Shown piece by piece: positions 9,423-19,930 of a stretch of 64,000 nucleotides of DNA. Below the pieces are notes generated by a model. The model did not search any database and was not told the origin of the DNA. It saw only the letters and a list, made by a program, of their open reading frames with translations. The DNA comes from Candidatus Latescibacterota bacterium (GTDB lineage Bacteria > Latescibacterota > UBA2968 > GCA-2709665). Position numbers and translations under genes: made by a program. Location of the stretch: NCBI GenBank assembly GCA_965219455.1, contig OZ244744.1, positions 1,344,001 to 1,408,000 on the forward strand, written 5' to 3'. Numbering within the stretch: the first letter of the stretch is position 1; the number at the start of each line of letters is the position of its first letter.

Positions 9423-11708
9423 TCAACTCATCAATCGCCGCAGCCAGGCCTTCCCCCGGCCCTCGCGCTTTCTTACCAGCATTACCGAAGTCTTGGCGAA
9501 ACGCCCCACCCGGTCCGGCACCTCGCCGAACAGAAGCTGCTGGAACAGGCCTGTATTCGCCGCGCCCATCACCACCAGATCGAAGTCCGCTCCCGCCCTG
9601 ACAATGCCCGCCGGTACGGACCGGGAACGGATCGCCCGGCATTCCACCTCGCCCAGGTTCGCATCCCGCAGCGTGTGTTGCATCCACCTCATGGCCTCCC
9701 GTTCCCGCTCCTCGTCCGCATCTGCGGGTATCACGTAGCAGGCCGTCACCCGTGAGCCGTAAGCCGCGACAATAGGCTCCAGCAATTCAACGGCGAACCG
9801 CGTATGGGGCCCGCCGGCGGTCGGCAGGAGTATTCGATCGAAGCTGGTCTGCTCCTGTAACTTGGCAACCACCACGTCGGCGGTGGCGCGGTTCACAACC
9901 CTGTCGAGCACTTCGCCGAAAATCCGTTCCCGCGTGGTGGTAAAACCCTTCCATCCTATCACCAGCAGGTCCACGTGCTCGTCCGATACCGCCGAAAGAA
10001 TGCCTTCGTCCAGACGGTGCGCCACCCGGATGTCCGACACCACGCGCAGGTTCTGCTTCTTCGCATAGGCCTGCGCCGCCCGCAACAACGGCATCCGGTG
10101 GTTGATGTACTTCATGCCTTCCTGGATGGGCAACTGGATCGGCACCTCCACGGTGGTACTCACGATCAGATCGCCATCTTTGGCCTTTACAACGGGAATG
10201 GAAATATCCAGCAACGACGCGATCGTATTCGGATTGGCCACGGGCACCAGCACCCGGAAGGGCGCACGAGCGGTCTCCAGGGGCAGCGCATCCAGAACGT
10301 GAGGCTCGGTCTCCCCCGATTCCTTTTGGAAATAGATGGAATACGCGAAAAATCCCACCGCGATCCACCCCAGCGCAACGTACCACGCCATCGGATCGAA
10401 CCGGAACTGATAGATCGCCAGGAACATATTGGAAGCCGCGCCAATCAGCGGCACCCACGGAAAGAGCGGCACCCGGTACTTGCGCTCAATTTCCGGCGCC
10501 CGCCGCCGAAGCACAACCAGTGACAGGTTAACGAGCGTGAACGTGAGCAGAAACATCAGGCTTGCCGCCGACCCGACCACGTGGATGGGCAAGAGCAGCG
10601 AGATGCCCATCATAATCAAACCGGTGACCAGAATCGCTATATGCGGGGTCCGCCTGTCGGAATGTATCCTGGCCATGCCCGGCGGCAGCCACCGGTCTCT
10701 GCCCATGGAAAAGGCCACGCGACTGGAGGCCAGCACCGTCGCGTTCAGCGCGGACATAGTGGACAGTAACCCGCCGAAGACGATGGTTGCCACGCCAAAC
10801 GCCGGCATGAAACTGTCTGCGGCTTTCACAATCGCCGTTTCCTGGTATCGTCCCAGAAACTCCCACGACGTGGTGGACTCCGGTTGAACCGCGCCCAGGG
10901 AAACAAAGACGATCAGCAGATAGACAACCATGGTCACGCCCAGGGAAATGAACGTGGCCTTCGGAATATTCGTTTCGGGCTGTTTGATTTCCTCGGCAAC
11001 GGTCGCGATGAGATCGTACCCTTCAAACGCGATGAACGTCAGCCCCATGGCCACCAGCACACCGCCCAACCCCTTCGGGAAAAATGGGGAGAAATTACGT
11101 GCCGCCTGTTCTGGGGCCGCATAGATATACATGAGCCCGTACCAGACAAAAACCAGAAGCACGAGAATCTTGGAGATGGTGATCACGTTCTCCGCCTTGC
11201 CCGTCACCTCCGTGCCGCGTACGTTCAACCAGACAAAGACGCCGCCGACGATCAACGTCACCAGCGCAACCGACGGCTGGACACCGACCGTCGCCTGAAT
11301 CGTATGGCTGACGTCCGGCAGGTACTTGTGGAAAAACTCCCAGAAATATCCCGCAAACCCCAACGCGTAGAGACTGCACGCCACCGTGTAGGCGAACCAG
11401 AGCATCCATCCGGACAGAAACCCCACGGGACCGGGAAACGCCTTCTTAACGAACGAATAGCCCCCGCCTGCCTCGGGAATCGCCGATGAGAGTTCAGCAT
11501 AGCAGAACGCCGTCATCAGGGTCACCAGGCCGTTGAGCGCGAATGCCAGAATCGACGCCGGGCCCGCCTCGCCAGCCGCGATGCCCGTCAGCACGAAGAT
11601 CCCCGCGCCGATCATCGCTCCGATTCCGATCATCGACGCGTCGAAACAACCCAGACTCCGGGCGAAGGTGACCCGGTTGGATTCCGGCGGACGGGAAGAA
11701 ACAGCCAC
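9423..11708 (-). CDS. APC-family amino acid permease with C-terminal tandem universal stress protein domains
   Basis: GAMIGAGIF, FIAFEGYD, about 12 TM segments, then RVLVPVANP and RILLPTAGGPH USP domains. Confidence 0.9.
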   Translation of the reverse strand: MAVSSRPPESNRVTFARSLGCFDASMIGIGAMIGAGIFVLTGIAAGEAGPASILAFALNGLVTLMTAFCYAELSSAIPEAGGGYSFVKKAFPGPVGFLSGWMLWFAYTVACSLYALGFAGYFWEFFHKYLPDVSHTIQATVGVQPSVALVTLIVGGVFVWLNVRGTEVTGKAENVITISKILVLLVFVWYGLMYIYAAPEQAARNFSPFFPKGLGGVLVAMGLTFIAFEGYDLIATVAEEIKQPETNIPKATFISLGVTMVVYLLIVFVSLGAVQPESTTSWEFLGRYQETAIVKAADSFMPAFGVATIVFGGLLSTMSALNATVLASSRVAFSMGRDRWLPPGMARIHSDRRTPHIAILVTGLIMMGISLLLPIHVVGSAASLMFLLTFTLVNLSLVVLRRRAPEIERKYRVPLFPWVPLIGAASNMFLAIYQFRFDPMAWYVALGWIAVGFFAYSIYFQKESGETEPHVLDALPLETARAPFRVLVPVANPNTIASLLDISIPVVKAKDGDLIVSTTVEVPIQLPIQEGMKYINHRMPLLRAAQAYAKKQNLRVVSDIRVAHRLDEGILSAVSDEHVDLLVIGWKGFTTTRERIFGEVLDRVVNRATADVVVAKLQEQTSFDRILLPTAGGPHTRFAVELLEPIVAAYGSRVTACYVIPADADEEREREAMRWMQHTLRDANLGEVECRAIRSRSVPAGIVRAGADFDLVVMGAANTGLFQQLLFGEVPDRVGRFAKTSVMLVRKREGRGKAWLRRLMS

Positions 11709-11783
11709 TCAGACCTCGGATTGGAGACCAAAAAGATCAGGGGCGCGAAAATCGCACCCCTGCTTGTATCCACCCGCGAGATT

Positions 11784-12791
11784 TCACGTCGCGGGATTGG
11801 AGATATTGTCGTACCCGGTCAGATGATAGTCGTACTCCAGATAATCCAGGAGGCGACAGAGGCTGCGAAAGGCCACGCCGAACCCGTCCACCCCGCTGAC
11901 GCCGCCGAACTGGCCACCCCCCTTCACGTGCGGCTCCAGATCCACGAATACGCCCGGCACACCCAGTGGGGAAAGGCGATCCCGGATTTCCGGCACCAGG
12001 GTCCGGAAGTCGCGCAACACCTGCTCGTGCCCCGAATCGCCCCGGTCCACGGGGATGAACCGGGTCAACCCCCGCTCTCCGGCGGCGGCCAGCATGGCCT
12101 GGTTCGACGGGTTGTTGAAACCCTTGATGTGTATCCAGCCCACGCCGGGCTTCATCTTGACATAATGCTCGTATGCGCTGTCCGGGCTGTGACCCTTGGA
12201 CTCCATATTCCCCACGTCCGGAATAATGCAGACGTACGGACTATCGACTTTTTCGTACAACGCGATCAACGTGTCGCCATCGCCGCCAACCAGGTCGGCC
12301 TCCACCTCCATACCGTAAACCAGGCCTGCCGACGCGCACTTCTCCACAATCTGCCCGAGTTGCTCCGCCGCCCTGTCCAGGTATGCCCACGGATCCTCTC
12401 CGTTCGGATGGTAATAGCTGAACCCCCTGAGCAGTTTGGTGTCGAACGCGTGGGCAAGGTCGATCGCCCGCTGCACGTCGTGTTTCAGATAGGACTCAAA
12501 CGGGACGTACCGATTCTGTGTCCCGTCGTCCTTGTCCACGAGCTTGACCTTGCCCAGCGGAGAACCCACGCTGGACACGTTGATCCCGAACGCGCCGTGA
12601 AGATCCTGAAGCCGTTGCACTTCCTCGTCTGACAGTTCCATGACGTTCTTCACGCCATTGCCAAGATCGATGAACCGGATCGTGTAATACGACAGCCCGA
12701 GGGCGGACATCATCGTCAGTTGCTCTTCGGCCCGCTTGCTCACCGGACCTTCATCCGCAAAACCGGAAAGAATGACTTCAGGTTTAGCCAT
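11784..12791 (-). CDS. Sugar phosphate isomerase/epimerase (xylose isomerase-like TIM barrel)
   Basis: LSGFADE, VGSPLGK, DVGN, HIK, LEPH motifs. Confidence 0.82.
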   Translation of the reverse strand: MAKPEVILSGFADEGPVSKRAEEQLTMMSALGLSYYTIRFIDLGNGVKNVMELSDEEVQRLQDLHGAFGINVSSVGSPLGKVKLVDKDDGTQNRYVPFESYLKHDVQRAIDLAHAFDTKLLRGFSYYHPNGEDPWAYLDRAAEQLGQIVEKCASAGLVYGMEVEADLVGGDGDTLIALYEKVDSPYVCIIPDVGNMESKGHSPDSAYEHYVKMKPGVGWIHIKGFNNPSNQAMLAAAGERGLTRFIPVDRGDSGHEQVLRDFRTLVPEIRDRLSPLGVPGVFVDLEPHVKGGGQFGGVSGVDGFGVAFRSLCRLLDYLEYDYHLTGYDNISNPAT

Positions 12792-12958
12792 AGCAGGACA
12801 CCTCTAATGATAAGAATAGATCGACAGCCTGTCTCGTGGGGGGACAACTCCGTATCTGCGCTGTCCGAAGGCACGACGGAAACGATATGAGCGCATCCGG
12901 CCGGCGCCCTCTGAATCTCCGTTTCCGTTTTCCACGATCCTCGTCCCGAGACGTTGCT

Positions 12959-13675
12959 CTACACAATCAACTCCGGCGTGAGATGAGCCACGAGACTCAG
13001 ATAGCGGACCTGCACCCACCCCTTGCCATTGAAATCCAGACGGCTGATTGCCGTATTTGGGTTTTCGAAATAAATGCTGTCCGGCATTCCGGCGAACACG
13101 GCATGGAGCAGGTCGTTGGCGAATCCGCCGTGACACACCAGCGCAATCCGCTCCTCATTGCCCGCAAAACGTTCGTGCAGTACGGATGCCACCCTCCTTG
13201 CCCGCGCGCGCCACTCCGCTTTGATCTCCGCAGGCCGGTTCCACCAGCCCTGATCCGTGATGGTATCGGGCACCGCGAAATCAGGGAACCGCGCCGCGAT
13301 CTCGCTCCGTGTCAGGCCCGGGTAACCCACCTCTCCCCGACCGTCGCCTTCATCCAGAAAGATCCCGCCCTCCTCGTGAATATCGATCCAGATTTCGGGC
13401 CGGATTCCCATCGCCCTTCCAACGGGCGCCGCTGTCTGTATCGCGCGCAGCATCGGGCTCGTAAATATCCGGTCAAATTCAAAGCCGGCGCAATTCTGCT
13501 GCATTCCCGCGGTGTGGATCCTATCTACCCCATCGCCGGCCGGGGTCAGGTAACGGGCCAGCCGGTCGGCCTGCGCCTCGCCGATATCGGTCAGGGGAGG
13601 GTCGCACACCCGCTGACCTCCTTCTTCCAGCGCGTTGTTCGCCGACTGCCCGTGCCGGATAATATAGAGTTCCAT
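12959..13675 (-). CDS. Histidine phosphatase family protein
   Basis: MELYIIRHGQS, SPMLRAIQTA, VCHGG. Confidence 0.88.
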   Translation of the reverse strand: MELYIIRHGQSANNALEEGGQRVCDPPLTDIGEAQADRLARYLTPAGDGVDRIHTAGMQQNCAGFEFDRIFTSPMLRAIQTAAPVGRAMGIRPEIWIDIHEEGGIFLDEGDGRGEVGYPGLTRSEIAARFPDFAVPDTITDQGWWNRPAEIKAEWRARARRVASVLHERFAGNEERIALVCHGGFANDLLHAVFAGMPDSIYFENPNTAISRLDFNGKGWVQVRYLSLVAHLTPELIV

Positions 13676-13692
13676 CCATTCCCTTTCGGACG

Positions 13693-13717
13693 AAAAAAAG
13701 CCCGGCAGCGACGCCGG
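13693..13717 (-). terminator. Possible intrinsic terminator
   Basis: Minus strand CCGGC-gtcgct-GCCGG followed by gcT7. Confidence 0.4.
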
Positions 13718-13790
13718 AGTTGGCATTCCTATACGGAAGAACGGATCGGAAAATACCACATTCCCCAAACACGATCAAGCCATTTCTGGA

Positions 13791-14186
13791 TTACGATGAA
13801 ACCGGATCGAACGTCGCCACGTTTCGCAGCCCGGCTACGCTTTCCCGTGCTTCGAATTCCACCGTCAACGTCACGTGTCGGACCGCACCGGGCTCCATAT
13901 TCCCGTCAAACTGTTTCGACGCCTGCCCCACAGTCGCATTCTGGTCGTCGGTCAGCCTCCAGATCAGGATAAAGGGTACGTCGATCGGAACCTCGCCCAC
14001 GTGGACCACGTCCGCGTCGATGCGCACCGCGACGATCAGGGGCGGGTTGGCCTGATTCAGAACCGGCTGCGCCGAGAGATTCGTTATGGACAGCATGTTC
14101 GACAGATCTTCGGCGTCCAGTACGTTTGAATTCCTGCCACAGCCCAAAACACCAACGAGAACAGCGCAAACGATCCTCATCCGCAT
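13791..14186 (-). CDS. Hypothetical lipoprotein
   Basis: Signal peptide with lipobox VLGC; directly downstream of uppP. Confidence 0.7.
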   Translation of the reverse strand: MRMRIVCAVLVGVLGCGRNSNVLDAEDLSNMLSITNLSAQPVLNQANPPLIVAVRIDADVVHVGEVPIDVPFILIWRLTDDQNATVGQASKQFDGNMEPGAVRHVTLTVEFEARESVAGLRNVATFDPVSS

Positions 14187-14196
14187 AACGAAATCC

Positions 14197-14982
14197 TCAG
14201 GGACGCAACCAGAGCGTCGTTAACGCCACCAGGCCAAGCGCCCAGCAGTAATAGGAGAAGCGATCCAGCCGGCCGCCCTGCAGCAGGGTGAACAGCCAAC
14301 GGATCGCCACCACACCGGAAACGAGAGCCGCAGCCAGACCGACAAGCAGGGTCCCGACGACGTTCCAGTCCGGAGGATCGGCAATCAGGTCCCCCGCCTT
14401 CAACGCCGTGGCGCCCAGGATCACGGGAATCGACAGCAGGAACGAAAAGGACGCCGCCTCCCTGCCATCGATGCCCCGCCACAGTCCCGCGCTGATTGTG
14501 AGACCCGAGCGCGAAATCCCGGGCAGGATCGCAAACCCCTGCGCGAGCCCGATCAACAAGGCGTCGCCAACACCTATTTCCGGCTTCGTGCCTGAGACAA
14601 ATCGGGTGCTCCACAACACCACGCCCGTTGCAACCAGGCAACCGGCCGCCGCCGTGGGGCTGCGGAACGCCAGTTCCAGGTAATCTTCGAACAATATCCC
14701 CACCGTACCGGCCGGAACCGTGCCGACCAGCAACAGCAGCACCATTCGCCACGACGCCGCTTCCCGCCGGATACATCCGGTTACCAGCCGCTGAATCCGT
14801 TCCCGGAGTACCGTGAGCACGGCCAGCAAGGTACCGAAGTGGACGATAACCTCGAACACCAGGTCGCCCGACTGTACGCCAAGCAAGGCCTGGCCAAGCA
14901 CGAGGTGCCCCGAACTACTCACCGGCAGGAACTCGGACAATCCCTGCACCAATCCCAGAAGGACTGCCTCATGGACCGTCAC
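14197..14982 (-). CDS. uppP: Undecaprenyl-diphosphate phosphatase (BacA)
   Basis: QGLSEFLPVSSSGHL and PGISRSG signature motifs. Confidence 0.93.
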   Translation of the reverse strand: MTVHEAVLLGLVQGLSEFLPVSSSGHLVLGQALLGVQSGDLVFEVIVHFGTLLAVLTVLRERIQRLVTGCIRREAASWRMVLLLLVGTVPAGTVGILFEDYLELAFRSPTAAAGCLVATGVVLWSTRFVSGTKPEIGVGDALLIGLAQGFAILPGISRSGLTISAGLWRGIDGREAASFSFLLSIPVILGATALKAGDLIADPPDWNVVGTLLVGLAAALVSGVVAIRWLFTLLQGGRLDRFSYYCWALGLVALTTLWLRP

Positions 14983-15071
14983 CTCGATCTATCTCCAATC
15001 GTGACAATGGACGAGGATTCGCTGAATAAGTCATAATAAAAATAACCCTTAATCTTTCTCTCTGCAAATGA

Positions 15072-15095
15072 AAACGTCCCTCGTCGGGGACGTTT
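15072..15095 (-). terminator. Intrinsic terminator downstream of the ATPase-PIN pair
   Basis: AAACGTCCC/GGGACGTTT hairpin, followed by TTTT on the minus strand. Confidence 0.5.
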
Positions 15096-15263
15096 GATAT
15101 TTCGAAAATTGCCGTGGGTCTCAGCGCTTGGAAAAGTAAATCAATGATCCGACGATAAACTCGCCACGTAGTTTGTTGCTCCGCCATTCCCGTAGTCGCC
15201 GGGCGCCGTTCCATGACTACTGCGCTTGACAATCGCGTTCCCTAATCTCAATCCAGTTGTCCT

Positions 15264-15728
15264 TTATGGGCAGGTATCTTTTGTCAACATACGTTTGTGT
15301 TCTTTTCGTGTGTACACTTTACCGCCGACTAAATTCTTTTCTCTAAAGTCGTCAAATAACTTCCTGTCCCCTATTGCACCACTCCGACGTCCTCCGTGGC
15401 GTGGACCTTCGGAGTATGAAACCAATACTTCTACTTTGGCAACAAGAGCCAAGGCAATAATGTGTTCGTCGTCCGATTTTATTTTTCCTTTAAGTTCATT
15501 TTCCTTTTCCTGGACTCCTTCGGTTACTAGCCTGAGTTGATTAGCCCGGCTGCGCTCCCTAACCCAGAGTTCCATTCCGGCTTTTTTCCATTCAGTACTG
15601 AACTTCTCCGTATTGGAATAAACGATTTTACCGTTTTTTTTTGCCAGCCACTTCCGAACTGGCTCCAAGTTTTCGTCGCGTGGGTCCCTGAGTTTACTCA
15701 GAGTATTTGTATCTACGATGACACACAT
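15264..15728 (-). CDS. PIN-domain-like protein
   Basis: VIVDTN, SDDEHIIALA and GDRKL acidic PIN motifs; 3 nt downstream of the ATPase stop; AT-rich. Confidence 0.7.
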   Translation of the reverse strand: MCVIVDTNTLSKLRDPRDENLEPVRKWLAKKNGKIVYSNTEKFSTEWKKAGMELWVRERSRANQLRLVTEGVQEKENELKGKIKSDDEHIIALALVAKVEVLVSYSEGPRHGGRRSGAIGDRKLFDDFREKNLVGGKVYTRKEHKRMLTKDTCP

Positions 15729-15731
15729 CGC

Positions 15732-17066
15732 TTAATCCTCAAATCCCATAAGCCGGTCGGACTCATGCAGAAAAAACTCCCTATAATGCGGCGGAACGCC
15801 ATCCATATTGCCCAATTTGTCAAAACGGATATTATGTACCATGACGATATTCGCTCTTGGTTCAAAATAGATCAGTGAAACATCTTTGTGATCTATGTTG
15901 CCCTTCCTTATCTCAATGCGTGCACGATCGATCATATAGTCACTGTGCGTTTCAACAAGAAACGATCCGTTTTCTTGACCAGCCGACTTTACAAGAAGAG
16001 AAGAAAGCTCTGCTTGCGCTCTCGGATGCAAGTGGACTTCCGGCTGTTGCAACAAAAAAAACGGCATCGACTCTGGAACAAATCGAGATGTACTCGGAAA
16101 CTCGCTATGCAAGATATGCACCAGAACAGGCAGAATCTGACTGACGCCGTAGCCTACATCAACGATATTGGCGGTAGGTCCCCTGACCTTGAATTTCAAC
16201 TGAAATGGGGCACCTAAAGATCTGCCAAGGTTTCTTATTTGGATATCCTTAAATAGACCTGATCGCCTGCCAAACTTGACCAATTGCATTGTCAACTTTT
16301 CCCATTCCGCCTTTTGCGTGGCTTGCGTTCGCATCAATAGCATTGGTACGTCACTGCCCTCAGGATCTTTAAACTCCCTCGTCGGATCATAAGTCCGCTT
16401 AGGTCGAGAGCGAATCGCGGACGTACTAAAAACTGATGGAGAATAATTATATTCCCAACCCCAGTCGAATAAGTCCTTCTTCTTGCGTGACTTCAGATAT
16501 GTTGCCAGAGCGATTTCATTATCATCAGTCAGCTCTTCTGAATCATCCATACGTTCTCGGGTGAGGAAATGAAAATTTAAACCAATTCTGTGTTGTTCGA
16601 GGAAAAATGGATCGCAATCAATCACGTACTCGTTCTGTTCTTTATCAACTTTGATTACGTTAAAGCCCCCCAAGGCTTCAGAATTCGATCGGTAGATAAT
16701 CTTGCCATCAGAGAATTTCTGAGTGACCGTACCTACAGTGGGTTCAATTCCCTCCTTTTTTTGCACAAATTCCACTGTGGTCTCATAGATGTCACCTTCG
16801 AGTTTGAAAGCAAAACCAAGTTTGAATACTTTTGCTTTTTTTCTGCTATTTCTAACTATTTCCTTAAACGTCCCCATAGAATAAGGATATGAATTAAAAT
16901 CGACGCCTTCACTTCGAAAATAGTCTGCAAGTACATGAAAACAAGCTAGAGCGGTGGTCTTTCCGGTACTATTTTCCCCGACCAAAAACGTCAGTGGTCG
17001 AATCTCAAGCTTCTGTGATTCCGCGAAACAGCGTACCTCTTCCATCGTGAACTGGGTAATTTGCAT
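15732..17066 (-). CDS. ABC-type/AAA_21 ATPase with DUF3696-like C-terminus
   Basis: Walker A GENSTGKT, VGYGVSQILP signature, LLQQPEVHLHP, VETHS H-loop; AT-rich. Confidence 0.85.
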   Translation of the reverse strand: MQITQFTMEEVRCFAESQKLEIRPLTFLVGENSTGKTTALACFHVLADYFRSEGVDFNSYPYSMGTFKEIVRNSRKKAKVFKLGFAFKLEGDIYETTVEFVQKKEGIEPTVGTVTQKFSDGKIIYRSNSEALGGFNVIKVDKEQNEYVIDCDPFFLEQHRIGLNFHFLTRERMDDSEELTDDNEIALATYLKSRKKKDLFDWGWEYNYSPSVFSTSAIRSRPKRTYDPTREFKDPEGSDVPMLLMRTQATQKAEWEKLTMQLVKFGRRSGLFKDIQIRNLGRSLGAPFQLKFKVRGPTANIVDVGYGVSQILPVLVHILHSEFPSTSRFVPESMPFFLLQQPEVHLHPRAQAELSSLLVKSAGQENGSFLVETHSDYMIDRARIEIRKGNIDHKDVSLIYFEPRANIVMVHNIRFDKLGNMDGVPPHYREFFLHESDRLMGFED

Positions 17067-17544
17067 TGTTAGATCTCCACCGGTCTTTGTCTAATTCGCC
17101 GTCTATTTTACCCCAATTTTACTAACTGCGTTCTTGATAAGGCGACCCATCAAAGTAACACATTTATTGAAAGAGAGTCAAGACGAAGCCGGTCGTAAGC
17201 GCCTGTAAGCGCTCGCTATTAACTGTCAACACCGTAAGCAACGTGCCGGAGTTGCGATGACCTCGAAAAACAGATCACACGGCCGCACACCCAGTATGGC
17301 CTGGCCTGATTAGGGCGATCAGTGACAATCGCCACAAACTCGGAGCATCCGCGTACAAATCCCCGAAGGGCAACCGGCAAGGGCGTAACACAAGCCTCTC
17401 CCCGATCACCATAGCCGCAAATGTCTCCGAATCCGAAAGCATTCTCTGTGCCTGGTGAATCTGCCTTCGAGGAACGCGATCCGTGCATTTTATGATTGCA
17501 TGCGTTAAAACGATAAACTTTCTATGAATAATTCAATAAAAGGG

Positions 17545-17953
17545 TTGAAAAGGTGGAGCAGACATTCTTGTCTGCTCACATACATCAAATGATCCCGTTG
17601 TACGCAGCGAAAAGCAGTAATAGCGCTTCGGCCGCTACATCGCCGAAAGCCCTGCAAAAGCCGGACTGTGCGACCGCGAGTATTGGCTCAATGAAGGCGG
17701 CGCAATCCTTTCTTGTGTCTGCATTCCGACAGAAGGACCTCCCCCCCGGCCCCCTCTCCTGCGAGGAGAGGGGGAGTCGAACGAAGCGTTGCTTAAACAC
17801 GAGATGGGCAGACAGGAATGTCTGCCCCACCTTCACACACGCTTCCTCAACGGCTCGAGGTTGTCGAGGCGCCCCTGTATCGGCTTTCCCTTCGCGCCGA
17901 CCCTTCGACCCTTCGACAAGCTCAGGGACCGCAGGCTCAGGGAGCGGCTCAGG
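17545..17953. repeat. Composite REP cluster with three palindrome families
   Basis: GCAGACA..TGTCTGC hairpins (17545-17577, 17806-17853), CCCCCTCTCC..GGAGAGGGGG (17735-17776) and CCCTTCGACAAGCTCAGG (17901-17953); each recurs elsewhere in the window. Confidence 0.75.
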
Positions 17954-18123
17954 GTGCTCGCGCCCATCTGCCTGCCGTGCCGGGCACGGCGCAGGCAGGG
18001 CTGAGCATAGCGAAGCCGCGCTACGGGCGACCACCGTTTCCCGTCGCCTCACCGAACGGAAACACCCTGTTATCCGTATACGTGTCGTCACATAAAGGCT
18101 TTGTCATTGGCGATGCAACTACT

Positions 18124-19044
18124 TTATTTCCGCTCACCGCACCAATGTCCGGATATATAACGGGCGACGCCGTCGGCTTCATTGGTGTCGATGATCCCGG
18201 TGGCGCGTTCCTTGAGGGCGGGAATGGCATTGGCCACGGCCAGGGCCTCATCTGCCAACTTGAACATTCCCAGGTCGTTTACTTCGTCGCCAAAGACGAC
18301 CAGACGGCGGTCTTCCAGGTCTTTCATGCGCTTGAGGAATAGTATGCCGTGTTCTTTGGTGGCACGGGCATCCTGGATAGTCAGCCAGTGCCAGCCGGGC
18401 GAAGACTGATTTTCGTAACATTGGGTCTGGATCCGCCCGGCGTGCCGATGTTTCATCTCGTCAGCCAATTTCTCCAGTTCCGGTTCCGGTCCAATTACGG
18501 TGAGACAGACCACCTGGTCGTCCAGGCCGCGCTCCAGGTCGGGTAGATAGCACATGCGCGGGTCCTGCTTGAGCCGCCTGTTCCGCACGTACCAGGCCAT
18601 GCCGTCATTGGTGATATCGCGGTAGTAGCAACGGTCCGCCGTGCCGTCGTAAGTCGAGATGAAGGGCACGTAGCCGGCGTCGGTTATTTGTTGCCACAAC
18701 CCGGGCAAAATATCGCCGTGCAGTTCTTGGATCAGATAGTGCCGGCCGCTGGCCGGATCGGAGACGAAAGCGCCGTTGAATTCAACCACCGGCAGACGGA
18801 GAAGCAGACCGGCCAGCAAGTGGCGCATGGAGGCGATGCTGCGAGCGCTGGCCACGGTAAAGAGCAGACCCTGATCCAACATAGAGTTAAGGGTATCCTT
18901 GCTGTACTGGGACAGCGACGTATCGCTGCCCAGTAGCGTGCCGTCCAGATCGGAAACGTAGAGGGTAGAATCGCCGGGATTCAAGATATCTCCTGCCGCG
19001 GCTTCACATAGCTCGGTCGCAGCTGAATTGGTCATGGTCAACAC
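18124..19044 (-). CDS. Cof-type HAD hydrolase
   Basis: SDLDGTLL, ASAR, ATKEHG, FGDEVNDLGMF; start uncertain. Confidence 0.87.
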   Translation of the reverse strand: MLTMTNSAATELCEAAAGDILNPGDSTLYVSDLDGTLLGSDTSLSQYSKDTLNSMLDQGLLFTVASARSIASMRHLLAGLLLRLPVVEFNGAFVSDPASGRHYLIQELHGDILPGLWQQITDAGYVPFISTYDGTADRCYYRDITNDGMAWYVRNRRLKQDPRMCYLPDLERGLDDQVVCLTVIGPEPELEKLADEMKHRHAGRIQTQCYENQSSPGWHWLTIQDARATKEHGILFLKRMKDLEDRRLVVFGDEVNDLGMFKLADEALAVANAIPALKERATGIIDTNEADGVARYISGHWCGERK

Positions 19045-19297
19045 GAGGTTTCGTTGTTATCGGGCATGCAGAGCGGCGTTCAACCTCTATGATCGAGGCG
19101 ACATCCAACATCGAAGAGGTCCGCAATGCTGGCGCCCATGCCAGTCAGATAGGCGCGAGCCCGATCAACCGTCCAATCACTCAGCCCAACACGAAACACC
19201 ATGAATGTTCAATTGCGCATTTCGCGTGGAAGTCTTACTGTGAGACTTCAATTGCACTCATTAATTCAACGTCGTAATCGAACCGGAGTCTATTGCA

Positions 19298-19789
19298 ATG
19301 ATTAAACCACTTATTCGCAAGTGGTTTTTTCCCCTCGCGAGAGCCTACTGGAGGATTTTTCGCCCAAAGACGTTCGGTGTAAAGGGCGTTGTTCCACATC
19401 CGGATGACGATCGGCAAGTCCTGTTGATCCGAAACACTTACGGAAACACGATGCTCTGGAATCTTCCCGGAGGGGGCTACTGCCCGAAACGGGAAGCGCC
19501 GGACCGCGCAATTGATCGGGAGATCAGGGAGGAGTTGTCTCTCACACCGCACGGCACGGAACAATTGGGGGAGTACCGTACTGATGCGGAGCGTAAGCGC
19601 GACACAGTGAACCTATTTCTTTGTCGGATAACTTCAGATCACGTGAAAGTCAATTCCGAAATCGCCGAAGCCAGATGGGTTTCGCTGGACAATCTCGACC
19701 GGATTCGAAACATCGCCCGCGTGGCCCTCCGCGGTATTGAACTCTACAAACGATCTCTCAATCAACAAGGACGAGACGGCTTAAGATAG
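19298..19789 (+). CDS. NUDIX hydrolase
   Basis: WNLPGGG...EAPDRAIDREIREELSL Nudix box. Confidence 0.87.
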   Translation: MIKPLIRKWFFPLARAYWRIFRPKTFGVKGVVPHPDDDRQVLLIRNTYGNTMLWNLPGGGYCPKREAPDRAIDREIREELSLTPHGTEQLGEYRTDAERKRDTVNLFLCRITSDHVKVNSEIAEARWVSLDNLDRIRNIARVALRGIELYKRSLNQQGRDGLR

Positions 19790-19930
19790 GCCTTTCGATC
19801 CGGGGAGGCGATTCTTCCGCCAGAATTGCGTCACGAGAGTGAATCAGCGTGAGCGAATCAGGCGGCGGAATTGGGAATTCCGAGATAGTTGATCGAATAT
19901 TCGTTTCGTTCTATTCAGATTGGAGGAATA

